Of a DNA stretch of 64,000 nucleotides, positions 25,585 to 38,819 are shown in pieces. Within the stretch, counting starts at the first letter, position 1; every line of letters begins with the position of its first letter. The notes under the pieces were generated by a model, which worked only from the letters and a program-made list of their open reading frames with translations, was not told where the DNA came from and made no database searches. Origin of the DNA: Octopus sinensis (Eukaryota); the NCBI RefSeq assembly GCF_006345805.1, contig NC_042998.1, positions 130,820,001 to 130,884,000 on the forward strand, in the 5' to 3' direction. A program made the position numbers and the translations under genes.

Positions 25585-28500
25585 GGAGTGAGGATATTAC
25601 TGTGACGTTTAAAATGCATTATGCCCTCTTTTCCTTTGAGCGAAAATATAATAATATATAAATGCTTTCTTGCACACAGAAATTAATATTGACGCAGAGA
25701 AACATAAAAACACGTATGTTGGGAATGTCAGGAAAGAATGTAAAGCGAATATACTGATAGGTAATACTTAGACGCTAAGATGTCTTGTAGCACACGCAAC
25801 TATTCACGAATGCTTTAAGCTGAAATAGCCAGTTGTGAAGTTGAGGAAAATAACTACAGAACCACGGAAGAATGTTATCGTATTTGATCAATTACACTAT
25901 AATCATCACGTACTGCTACGATAAGTTGATAGTTAATTAAATCTGTCTATGTATACTGAAAGTCAGTACCGTTTCCCAAGTGAATCCAAAGATCATATGA
26001 ATATTGCATTAATCTGTTGTACGTTCGAATCAGTCAATTAGGTCAGTACTAGCCAGTAATAATGAGACTAGGCATAAAGAAAATAGATCTGTTTAGAGAA
26101 ATTTGCTGCGGTACTGTTATGAATACTCAATTTATCTTGTATTTGTGTAATTCAGAAAAATTTTGTTAGCTACAAGGAAAATGTGCTGACTAGTAGATGT
26201 CAAAAGTTAATTACACTATAGGGAAGGAAAACCACACTAGATATTAAATCAGTGTAAATCGTTACCGAACTGATCCAATTGATTCAAGCTGATTCAAGGA
26301 GTTCACTTTGAGATTTAGGTCAAGAGTAACATTATGAGAGGTATTGAAATGGAGAAGAAAATCAATTCATTATAGAACTATATAACTAGCAGAATGTTAT
26401 TCAGATCCGTCTGCAGGAAATTGCAATGAGAATATTCAGTCTGCTATTTTCCTTCTGAGTTAATGATGTTATAGATTTCCAGTACTGGGTTTATGTCAGA
26501 GGGGAGTATGCACATGAACAAAATCACTACATAATACAATGATAACTAGTTCAGAACTATTCAGTTCTGAATAAGGATAATACCAATAAAAAGAAACTTC
26601 ATCGTTATTATCGTTACAGTAGCGATGATCTTATAGTAGTGCAATCCTAGATTTAGGTCACTAATGTGCTTATAAGAGGTCTTGAAATACTGAGTGGGGG
26701 ATAAAAACGGTTCATTATAGGCGCATACCACTTGTTATGTATCATTTGGATTTGTAAGAAGGATATGAGTGTTTACCTGTGCCACATTAAAATGAGACGT
26801 GCCAGCTGATATGGTTAATAACAGTAAGCATCATAAACTGATATATGTTCGCGAAATAAGCAAAAGCTGTGCTGCAAAACAATTAACGGGAGTGTTGCAT
26901 ATACAATAGCAGATTGAAATAAAAATTCATGACAAGAATATTTGTTAGCTAGGTTTTCATGAAAATGAAGATATTAATCGGAAGTGATCGAGAAAACTTT
27001 ACGTACCTTAATATGTGAGCTCAGAACATCAATGTAACAAAATTTTGCTTTATGATTCTATTGTGTGGTGAGTTCTGGAATGGGAATATATTAGTCACAA
27101 GCTAAAGATATATCACTTCCCTGTTCATAAGAAAATAAATCTGTTCAGTAGTACCAGTTGTCAATTCATATACATTAATTCTTGTATACAAACATCTATC
27201 GGTACACACACACACACACACAGGCACGCACACACAAGCACACGTACTCATTTGCACGCACAAAACAACATTAAAATCTAACAAGAGTAACAAATCTCCG
27301 TTTACGCCTCATTTCGTTTTTCTTTTCTTTCCTCGATACTTTATTATACAAATTTTGCTGTAAATGTATTTTGAGTGGACGTCGGAGTATCTTCTATTTA
27401 CAATCCGTTGATCAATTGTTTTTGTTTTGCTGCAGATCTTTTGCTACAATGTGGATAATTTTGTAGTTTATATTGGTTATTGTTGCAAATAATTTTGTTT
27501 AGCTCATCTCCCCTTATGTGTTACTACTAATACTATGAAGACATTTCTGCAAACATCCTTCTTATCTTACTTAAGAATTTGGATGTTGTTTAAATAGTTA
27601 ATTATTTCTATGATAAACACATTATATACATCTCTCGGCACTTAACGACATCATACAATCTATTCCTGACGTAAGTCTACGAATCAACTACAAGGTTATC
27701 GTTACAGTAATAATAATAACCAACGGGATATTTTATGATAAACACTTACCTACAGATCTGAATAATTCGCGACTAGTTATCTTTATAGGAAGAAATTATG
27801 ATATCCACCTTCCAACACATTTCTGACCTAAAACCAGTTCTGATGTTCTAAAACATCATCGATTAAGTAAGGATAATAGTGGACTAAATATTCTGCTTGC
27901 TAATTTCCTTTTTCTTAAAAACAGATCTGAATAACTTTCTACTTGTTCTATACCGAATTGATTTTCTTGCATTTCAATATTTCGCATAATTACTATCTGA
28001 CCTACATCTCGAATTGAACTCCTGAATCAGCAATTCAATAATGAATTACATAGAATTAACACAAGAATATATGCCGTTTTCTTTTTGCAGTATATTGTAT
28101 TGAAGTAATTAGATCAGCATTGTTGTTACATTTATATTGCAATCAATAAAAATTTCTCGAAATTTCCCGTCCTTGATAAGGACAGTCTTTTTAAGTAGCT
28201 GTAACGGCAGTTTTGGTTCTTGTTTACTTTTTAGAAACCTCCAAGTCACCGTCATATTTAGACAGATCTATGCTTTTAGGTTACTTCCTACTAATTCAAT
28301 AGATCTGACTTAATTTATTGAATTTAACAATCACAGCCAAAGTGCAATATAGATATTATCTTTCGAGCAACCAGGATAATATTAGTGATATTTAAAACTG
28401 CAATAACTTCCGTTTTTATGTAGTATTTTATGTAGCATTAGATGATTATAAAGAACGTTTACTGGTTCAGGTTGCCCATGAATCTGCCTACGCATACACG

Positions 28501-30528
28501 GATCTTTATACACAAATTTTTGATTAATGAAGGTTTGCAGTTGCCCATGTCTGTACATTTCTCCTCTCGGTACCACCAACTTGGCTGTGATAAGTTTGTA
28601 ACAATGCATCGCATGCGTTACTATGACGATGCAGAAAACTGGAACATCTACCACAATGTATCTCAGAATATAATTTTAACTCTTCTACTCTCCACGTCCT
28701 GGCTTCGTAACGACCACGAAATGGTGAAAGCCAAAGGTGACCGCTGCAGGATCGGAAATTAGATCGTAGAAAGTCAGAACAAATAATGCGTGGAATTGTA
28801 TCCGGTGTTCTTGCTAAGTTGCCCCTTATGCCATGATAATGATACTGCATTTTATGGGGTAGACTTCCTATTAATTTCAGTTTTTCAAGATAATAAAATT
28901 CCTCTAGTAGAACCGCCTATTAACCTCCTTTCAATCATAAATCAAAATTGCATCTGATTGTTGACTGTAATTCAACTTAGTACTGAGTATTCTGTTTTTC
29001 TTCAATATACAGTAGAAGTAGGTATTTATTATTCAATATGGAGCATAAATATCTGATGTCTAATATAAAGCATTAAGTAGAATCACGAAAACATAAGAAA
29101 AGGAAAATGACGTGTTACACACATTATACAAAGGATGCTATAACAATAACAAAAGAATTAAGCGTATTCTAACCAGAATTAGTAATTAAAAGCACTAAGT
29201 CGTTAGTTACAATAAATGACAATGAATGACTATGAACATATTGGGGATGGGACATGTGTGTGTGGTTTAAAGATATTAAGGAAGGATAAATTTTGGCTTC
29301 ATCTTTACCAAGTAAAACCATACCAGTCTGTATGAAATTCCTCGCTGGAAAACATTTAAATGATACTGAAAACGTTTGCGCAACTGTGTTATACCGAAAT
29401 TCGTAAAGCTTGAAATTCCCTTATAATACAACGTAAAATATCCATTAGCTGTGTCGATAAGATGTAACAATTTTGAAAATTGCGCCTAGATACGATGGAA
29501 TAACCACCAACAATATAGAGTACATAACTTTATTTAGATGACATACAATACACAATCCATTCTAATATCTCAAGATAAGAAATATCGTGTAATCTATCCT
29601 TCAGTTTAAGCATACGATCGTAAATGGCATGACTTTTGATTGAATTTCTTTCTTTTTCCGATCAATAATTAATCACAACATAAGATAGTTCATGTAAATT
29701 ACCTTAAGACAGGTTTTTTTTTGCAAAAATTAATAAATTCCATTTCACATTATAATAAAAAATAATTCTCTGTAACATAAATAAAACCACTCTATGTCTG
29801 ACTGAATTATTTAAAACAATTTCTTCCTCAATTTAGTTGTTTTTAAAAGTTTCTAATAATTAGTACTAACGCAAATAAGAGAACATCAGAGCATCAGAAA
29901 CTTATATTGTATTAGCCATAAATTTTTGTAAAGCTTGCTTTTATCAACATAATCATGTATACAGGAACCCGGTAAGATTCTCCCGAAGCTTTCTATATAT
30001 CAGCATATAATGAAAGAAAGTTGGATTAACGTACATACGCCTCAAATTATTTATCTGCAAAAATATGAACGGAGATCTAGTTGATCTAACAAATATATGT
30101 ATTCCATATGCCTGAATATTGAAAAAAATGGAATAATACGTCTCTTAACACATTCAATCTTTAAATGCATGGGGTTACTTCCTTTACAATTTTGAACATT
30201 TTTTTTTCTTTATATACACACAAATTTCAACTCCTTTTACATTTTTAGCATTAAATGCATATATTGTTTTATATTGACTTATATATCTGTTGTGCTTGCT
30301 ACATCATTATTTCTATTATTCTAAGTGTTGCTCCTTTTCAATTTTTCAATCAAAGATAAATTTGCTACCCTGTAAGATATACATATCCTATTAAACAGCC
30401 ATCTTTCCTTATGATAAGCAAGCATTATTACTATATGGTTATAAAATAACCATATATTTCCAGTTTTCTTAATCGCCCGAATATCGTCTGTGCGAAAGCA
30501 GGAATAGTGATTTGTGACAGTTCCCAAT

Positions 30529-30757
30529 GCGGCGAACTGGCAGAAACGTTAGCATGCCGGGCGAAATGCGTAGCCGTATTTTGTCTGCCATTACGGTCTG
30601 AGTTCAAATTCCGCCGAGGTCGACTTTGCCTTTCATCCTTTCGGGGTCGATAAATTAAGTACCTGTTACGCACTGGGATCGATGTAATTGACTTAATCCA
30701 TTCGTCTGTCCTTGTTCGTCCCCTCTGTGTTTAGCCCCTTGTGGGTAGTAAAGAAAT
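30529..30757 (+). mobile_element. SINE family B, near-complete tRNA-derived copy
   Basis: A-box-like tggcagaaacgttag, B box gagttcaaattcc, and a body repeated at 19865, 32505 and 34757. Confidence 0.85.
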
Positions 30758-31844
30758 GTATATATATTCTTGCATAACTACACATACTTACACATACACA
30801 AATACATAAACACACACGCAAACACACGCACACACAAACACCCATATTTATAGTATATGTATACACACGCACACAGAAAGAGAGAATGAGAAAGATGTTG
30901 AGCTATTAAGATGTGTTATTTTGCTACAGTTGTTCGTACATACTGTCGTTTACATTTAGTGTCGATGTTGTTTCCGCTGCTATTTTTGTTCTAGCAATTA
31001 TTATCGAGAAGAATATTCATCCACTGCCAGCGGGGTCTATCATCTATAACAATTGGGAATGAAATGCCACCCATTGTGAAGAATGTAAGGAAAAAAAAAA
31101 AAAAGACTAAAACTCTTTCCTGCCCTTTACTCTCCCTCACCAGTAAAACCAAATGAAACGATATCTTGCATTCGCTGTTTATAAGGAGATAAAATATCTT
31201 CCTTTCACAAACACCTGCTACTATGTCAGATTATTTATAATTTATACACCACAAACACACACACACACACAGGCACACACAAACGCATACACACTCCCAA
31301 TAAGACAATAGAATAGTGGTGGTAAGTCGATACTTCTATTAATGTACTACTACCATCATTCTTCCGAATCCCATGAAGATAGCGAGAATCAATGTAAATG
31401 TTTTCTGCAACGTTATTGCTTTCTCTACTTTGGTTTCTTCTTATGTACATACATTCATACATACATACATACATACATACATACATACATACATACATAC
31501 ATACATACATACCTACATACATATATATTTATATATATATATACATGCATATACTCACCTATACACGGGCACACGGGCACATACATACGCACGCACACAA
31601 ACACGCGCAAAGTATAATTCTTTAAACAATATTGTATTTTTTTTTTTAGGATTAACTTGTATTTTGGATCGAGTAATAAGAGTAATTTTGAACATCACTG
31701 TTCAAAAACAACATTACTGTTCAAAGTAATCCCAAATCAGGAGTTACTTTGAACAACGACAATTATATAAAAAAGAAGTAATCAAATATTGACTGCAACT
31801 GATCTCTATTTCATATATCAGCTTACCTATTTAGTCCCCCTAAC

Positions 31845-32069
31845 ATTTATCTTTATCTTTATCTTTTATCTTTTATCTTTTACTTGTTTCAGTCATTTGA
31901 CTGCGGCCATGCTGGAGCACCGCCTTTAATCGAGCAAATCGACCCCGGGACTTATTCTTTGTAAGCCCAGTACTTATTCTATCGGTCTATTTTGCCGAAC
32001 CGCTAAGTGACGGGGACGTAAACACACCAGCATCGGTTGTCAAGCAATGCTAGGGGGACAAACACACAA

Positions 32070-32106
<37 letters not shown>

Positions 32107-32278
32107 CATATATACGACAGGCTTCTTTCAGTTTCCGTCTACCAAATCCACTCACAAGGCATTGGTCGGCCCGGGGCTATAGCAGAAGATACTTGCCCAA
32201 GATGCCACGCAGTGGGACTGAACCCGGAGCCATGTGGTTGGTTAGCAAGCTACTTACCACACAGCCACTCCTGCGCCT
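31845..32278 (-). mobile_element. SINE family A, complete copy: tRNA head, internal TA/TG microsatellite, LINE-like 3' tail
   Basis: A box TGGCTGTGTGG, B box GGTTCAGTCCC, tail ccagcatggccgcagtcaaatgactgaaac followed by (taaaaga)n. Confidence 0.9.
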
Positions 32279-32504
32279 AACATAATCAAATTTAGTTAAG
32301 ATTAAAAAAAAGTTTATGAAATTATTGCAATAAGAAGTCTAAAACTGTTCAATGTAACTCGGTTTCACGTTACTTTAAAAATACGGGTATCTGTAACGAT
32401 GCAAATAATTGACACACACATTGTACACAATGATCAGCAATATGTCTGAATCTGTTTATACACAATGTGTTGGCTAAAATCTATAAATACATTCTGTAGC
32501 ACTA

Positions 32505-32718
32505 GTAATGGTTTCAAATTTTAGCACAAGGCCATCAAATTTCGATGGAAGTGTAAATCGATTACATCAGCTCGTGTTCAAATAGTATCTGTTCTATCAA
32601 CCTCGAAAGAATGAACGGCAAAGTCGAACCCGGTGGCATTTGAACTCATGACATAAAGTCGGAAGAAATGCTGCTAAGTATTTTGCCGGTGTGCTAACAA
32701 TTCGGCTAGTTTGCCGCG
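32505..32718 (-). mobile_element. SINE family B (diverged)
   Basis: Reverse complement aligns to 30529-30757. Confidence 0.7.
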
Positions 32719-33492
32719 TTTTGTTTTGCACTAATTTTATATGTACACAGCACTTTGAGATAACAATATTCGAACTACTATGTTTGTTGTCATGCATCTA
32801 CGACACCTGATTAGGAAGGCTTTATACAGTCACTCGACCACCTAGAAATAATAGCGATATTACCCTCAAATGTTTCTGTAACGATCAGAATTTTGTTGGC
32901 TGTAATAGATAGACCTACTTCATTGAATATATTCGATAGGCTTCGGATACAGCTGAATAAAAATACCAAAATGCATTGACACACTGTTTCCTCGTACAGC
33001 TCAAGTTATCAGATGTTGAACGGATTGTCTTTAAAAATTTAGTGCTTCATCCATCTGGTGACAAAGGTGTTTGATCATAATAAATATCGATGTTCTCATG
33101 AAAAAGGAAGTATACAAAAAATGAGTTTAATGTTACACTCCAACGAAAAAGTTAAGCCCATTTCCATTGCCAGCTACTACTGACACGATTTCATCATACT
33201 CTACTTATGAACTGAGTCCAACTCCACATGAGAAATTATTAGTTGTATCTTTTATCATTTACTTAGGTCAATTATTGGACTGCGGTCACGTTGGGTCACC
33301 GCACTGAAGTGTCAGAGTGGAACCAATCACCCGCAATTATGATATTTTATGTCTATTACTTTTTCTATCTCTCCATTTTGACTAACCTCTAAGTTACAAT
33401 TACGTAAACAAAACAATGCCGAATTTCAAGTGATGTAGGTCACAAACACATAGACACACACACATATATTCATTCACGTATACAACATATAT

Positions 33493-33526
<34 letters not shown>

Positions 33527-33737
33527 GTATGTATGCATGTATGTATGTATATATGTATGTATGTATGTATATATATATATATATATATAAAAAGCAATAA
33601 AGATTCAAGTTAATTTAAATGAATTTACTTGAATATGGTACCTAACTTAGATGCACCAAAAACAAACTATACTGTTTTAACAATACAGTAATGTGGGGTG
33701 ATTATAAGCGAGAAAGAAGCAACAAGAATGGATAGGT

Positions 33738-33828
33738 TTTTAGTACAATCGTTTCATACAAGGACAGGCTTTATTAAAAGTTGTAAAAATTACAGCATAT
33801 AAACGTGTCCCGTACTCATCAGCTAAAA
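33738..33828 (-). ncRNA. Type I hammerhead ribozyme motif with extended helix II (left arm)
   Basis: Exact mirror of 34217-34307. Confidence 0.75.
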
Positions 33829-34216
33829 TACATGTGAGTTCTCTAGACATCCTAGTGGTTGAGGCTATACTCATGAAGTAATGTAGATAATTAAGTAACA
33901 TAAACAGATTTCCAAAGTTCATTAAAGTTCTTTAAAGATGATGTACAGTCTTATCACAGAATTTTAAAAAGGTTCTAATAGCATCACAGAGAAGGTGATC
34001 TAATCCATAGAGCACATATGTGTTCATATGTGCTCTATGGATTAGGTCACCTTCTCTGTGATGCTATTAGAACCTTTTTAAAATTCTGTGATAAGACTGT
34101 ACATCATCTTTAAAGAACTTTAATGAACTTTGGAAATCTGTTTATGTTACTTAATTATCTACATTACTTCATGAGTATAGCCTCAACCACTAGGATGTCT
34201 AGAGAACTCACATGTA

Positions 34217-34307
34217 TTTTAGCTGATGAGTACGGGACACGTTTATATGCTGTAATTTTTACAACTTTTAATAAAGCCTGTCCTTGTATGAAACGATTGT
34301 ACTAAAA
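34217..34307 (+). ncRNA. Type I hammerhead ribozyme motif with extended helix II (right arm); predicted cleavage after GUA at 34301
   Basis: TTTTAG-CTGATGA-GTACGGGACA...TGTCCT(t)GTAT-GAA-ACGATTGT-A-CTAAAA: 6-bp helix I, canonical core, long helix II, self-complementary helix III. Confidence 0.78.
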
Positions 34308-34343
34308 GCCTATCCATTCTTGTTGCTTCTTTCTCGCTTATAT

Positions 34344-34399
<56 letters not shown>

Positions 34400-34756
34400 G
34401 TCGGTTTTTTTTTCAGATTTCTTCTTTCATATCCACTCACAAGAACTTCGTCGGCCCGAAAATGTAGTAGATGATACATGCCCAAAATGCCATACAATTG
34501 GATAGCGTCTGCCTGAAAACATATGGTTGAGAAGTAAACCTCTTACCATGCACCCATGCCATAGGAAACCCACAAAGTATTAGCTTATTTATCAGTGCAA
34601 ATTTCGCTTTCAGTTACGAGTTGTACCTTCCTTTGAGTACCTGCATTCATATAGTCAGAACAGTCAGTTTATTAATTAAAAGTCCTCATCTTGGATGTCA
34701 GGCTTTATTAGCAACAGTATACTAATCATTGAAATCCCTCTAATATTATCTACCTT

Positions 34757-34945
34757 TGCATGGCGTGAGCTTGCAGAATCGGTAGCATTTCGTCTGTCTT
34801 GTGTTCTGAGCTCAAATTCCACCGAGGTCTACTTTGTGTTTCTTCCTTTCGGAGTCGATGAAGTAAGCATCAGTCAAGCACTGGGGTCGATGTGATCAAT
34901 TAATGTCTCCCGCAAAATTTCAGGCATTGTATTTATAGTAAAAAG
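34757..34945 (+). mobile_element. SINE family B (diverged)
   Basis: ggcgtgagcttgcagaatcg head, gagctcaaattcc B box, shared body. Confidence 0.7.
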
Positions 34946-35780
34946 GATATTATTCATAACTAAAAAGATTTTCGAATACTTAAGGACCTCTACAGTTGGA
35001 GTTACACACTTCTCTCTCTGCATAACAAACTGCTAAATAGAGTAGGGACGCCGGTCAATTACTTGGTCGTATACGCTTATTTCTACTTCGAGAATTTTTA
35101 AAATCGAATTTCAGTATAATGGTCGTGCTTAGCAATTTATGCTTACACTTAAATCAATGTAAACGCTAGTTTTTAGCATAAAGTTACTTGCCAAAAAGCA
35201 CATGATAGTAGCAATGACAGGATAAATTCCATGGAATTATATCTGCTTATTCAGTACTTCTATTTACTCAAACATTCTCATCCTCTCTCTTACTGTTATC
35301 ATCTAAAAATAAAAAGACAAAATAAAAGTCAGAACACATTGCAATCTCAGTCAGGGGGTTCCCACCATATACTATTTCATCACATTGCCACACTACCCTT
35401 GAATTGTAGTCCCTGTCACAAATCAGATGTCTTCCATTCATTTCATGTCAGTTTCATGCCTCACTTCATCTCATTCTTTCAATTAATTGAGGCATCACAC
35501 CTCATATATATCAAACAATATACCACGATACACATAAAACGTAGCATGAACAAACGTAGGGTTAGTAATTTTTTTTTTTTTGTTTATATACGCGCACACA
35601 GGCATAGATACATGTGGACGCACAACACATACATTTACACGAGTACAAAGCCTTTCTGAAAAAATAGCTGCGGAAGCAACACAAGCTCAAGCACAAACTC
35701 GCACACTGACAGACAGACAGACATACACACACACACATACACACGCACACAAATACGCGCACATCTACAAAGATAAATAA

Positions 35781-35812
<32 letters not shown>

Positions 35813-35855
35813 ATTCATATATATTATAAATATCATATATTATATAGAGCAAGAG

Positions 35856-35886
<31 letters not shown>

Positions 35887-36864
35887 TACAAACACACACA
35901 CATCCATTTACATATGTATAGCTCTCCTTCTTCCTCTATCTCATTTTATGTATAGATGTACATGTGTGTGTGTGTATGCTTGTGTAAGCGTATATTTGTA
36001 TATGTGTGTCTGTGTGTCAGTGTCTCGTGTATGTGAGCGTATTAAGATATACGTCTGACAACAAACCAAGTCTTTTTACACTCCTCTAATGAATTAATGA
36101 AGGAAAAAACTTAACAACAAAAAAAAAGGACTGTTTGAAATAATATTAGGAAACAGAAAAAGAAAAACAGTAAGACAAAATCGTAAATTATTCTGTATCA
36201 AAACACCCGGTTGTCTTATTTATGTCATCTACTTCAAAGAACAGCCACCTAAATCTCATTTTTCGGGTTGATGAATCATATATTTGAAATCTTCAATTTT
36301 TTTTTGGTCGTTGTCTCTTCTAATCATATCTCCTCAATTGTTGGAAAGAATGAAAAAAAAACAAAAAAAAAAATATGTAGACTTTTGTTCTATAAAATGT
36401 TTTTTTTTTTGTATATTTTGTTTCTTTAATAAAGTCAGATTTTTCGTTTAAGAAAAGTAATGTTGTTATATCTCTGTTTCCTTTTTTCTTTATGCTCGTT
36501 ATTTTGATATATTTTCAGATTACTTGCTTGTCGTATGGTATTCAGATTACCCACTTTTGACATAATTATCGTAATACCGAAGTTATAAATCATCTAGATT
36601 CAATATCCCCCAGAAATTTCAATTTGTTGCTAATGCTATTAGATATATTTGATAAAATATTTAATATATTCGTTTAATTATACAAGATAGATGGTAGTTT
36701 TTTTTTAATAGTACAGGACCACAACAGTTTGTGGTAACAGCAGTATAGTCAACCAATATATTACTGTTTGTTATCTTTTTTGAACCCTAATTGATAGGAG
36801 AATTCAATTTCGGGAAATATTTAACTTGAGACGACTTGTAATGATACTAAATACTAGGATACCA

Positions 36865-37110
36865 GTAGATGCGTAGCTTAATGGTTAGGGTGTCAGCATC
36901 ATAATCGTAAGATTGTGGTTTCGATTCCTGGACCGGGCGACGCGTTGTGTTCTTGAGCAAAACACTTCATTTCACATTGCTCCAGTCCACACAGCTGGCA
37001 AAATGAGTAACGCTGCGATGTACTGGCGTCCCGTCCAGCTGGGGAACACATACGCCATTGAAACAGGGAAACCGGGCCCATGAGCTTGGCTAGTCTTTAA
37101 AAGGGCGCAT
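36865..37110 (+). mobile_element. SINE family C (tRNA-derived, with conserved-core-like body)
   Basis: A box TAGCTTAATGG, B box GTTTCGATTCC, body cttgagcaaaacacttc...cagtccacacagctg...gctgcgatgtactggcgtcccgtccag...gaaaccggg, and an (attt)n tail. Confidence 0.8.
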
Positions 37111-37689
37111 TTATTTATTTTAACAGTAAATACAACCGTTTTTGCTCAACTAACATTCAAAATACAAGATTAGTAAAGCGTACATGTCATAACTGTGTTT
37201 GTCTTGCAATAAATTTTATGTGAAATTTTGTTGTAAAAGAACGCTCTAGTACATCAGAATGGCCCTTTTTGCCATTAAAAAACGTACGCATTATAATATT
37301 CGGCTACTTTTATTATGACTACTCTACTACTTAACTAATTAGCCATTTAACTAATAAGTTTCTTGATCATCCATTTAATCAATCAGCCAGTTGGTTTTTT
37401 AATGTCCCTTCGTCACTCACTTCATTAATGACGTTGTCTAGTCTACTCTTTGCCCGTTACAGCCAGAAACTTATGTGTAAGTGACATAGAGAGACAACTA
37501 CAGAGGGTCTAGAACTAAATGTCAGAAACGTTTAGATTATTCTCTTTATGTGAATATTTATTTTCTATTTTGCATCATGATCATCCAGAATCTGCAACCT
37601 GCGAGTGGTACGAGCACATATTGTTTCATTTGAACGTACGCTTCCTTAAAAAAAACGTACTATGTTTTAACGCATACGCATGTCAAAAT

Positions 37690-37846
37690 AGTGTGGGTGT
37701 GTCATAAGAAGCTTTTTTTCTCTACCACATGGTTTCGGGTTCAGCCCCATTGCGTGGCACCTTGGGCAAGTATCTTCTACTCTAGATTCGGCCCGACCAA
37801 AGCTTTGTGAGTGGATTTGGTAGACGGCAACTAAAGGAACCCCGTC

Positions 37847-37934
<88 letters not shown>

Positions 37935-38190
37935 GTGTGTGTGTGTGGTGTGTGTGTGTGTGTGTGTGCGTGCGTGTTTGTGTGTGTGTATTTGGGTGTG
38001 TTTGTGTTTGTCCCCTCCGCCATCGCTAGTGTTAGTGCGTTTACGTCCCCGTAACTTAGCTGTTCGGCATAAGTGGCCGACAGAATAAGTACTAGTCTTA
38101 AGAGGAATAAGTCCCGGGGTGATTGTTCAACTAAAGGTGCTGCTCCAGCATGGCAGCAGTCAAATGTCTGAAACAAGTTAAAGAATAAAA
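37690..38190 (+). mobile_element. SINE family A with expanded internal microsatellite
   Basis: Head, body and tail align to 31845-32278. Internal TA/TG tract at about 37847-37990. Confidence 0.85.
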
Positions 38191-38701
38191 AAAATATATT
38201 TGCGTGTAAGTGTCTGTAACTGAGTATGCCCAATTGTCCATGAATATAACTGAAGTGTCTGCGAAAAAATTACATACATAGTTGTGTAGTAAAGCATGTA
38301 TTTGCATTTTACTTCCTGAATCCCTTAACGTTTGACGAGTTAAGACAGACTAAGCTACAACTACAATATTTCTTTCATACACTCGATCAATGAGGAACCT
38401 CACTCGCATATCTACTTAAAACCTTTGTGAGAACTGTAGTTTACGCCAGCTACACGCACGCAAACACACGTAAGCACATGAAATATACTAACATACGCCT
38501 CAATTCAATATGCTTGGCATCTAATATCATAAACACATCAAGTTTATACGCATATCTGGTGTGTATGTATATAGGAACCTACAAAGTAATATGTATTTGT
38601 GTTTACATCCAGACACAAATATGCACATGTGCGCACACACACACATGAACACGCATACATAAGCACTCACATACACACACATACATACATACATACATAC
38701 A

Positions 38702-38778
<77 letters not shown>

Positions 38779-38783
38779 TTATA

Positions 38784-38819
<36 letters not shown>

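Larger units (their letters stand above)
33703..34342. repeat. Near-perfect palindrome: 318-bp arms (33703-34020 and 34025-34342), 4-nt spacer TGTT
   Basis: Manual comparison finds only 2 mismatched pairs (33737/34308 and 33999/34046). Identical 60-aa ORFs appear on opposite strands in the ORF track. Confidence 0.97.
33250..34560 (-). mobile_element. Old SINE family A copy split by an insertion: 3' half at 33250-33480, 5' half at 34399-34560
   Basis: Both halves align to 31845-32278 in the expected order and strand. The gap falls in the internal microsatellite. Confidence 0.6.

Noticed and set aside
28382-28850. Overlapping 90-108 aa ORFs
   Set aside because: No recognisable motif and no frame clearly preferred; noted only as part of the repeat-poor interval.
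33740-34305. Identical 60-aa ORFs on opposite strands
   Set aside because: A by-product of the palindrome; the peptide has no recognisable features.
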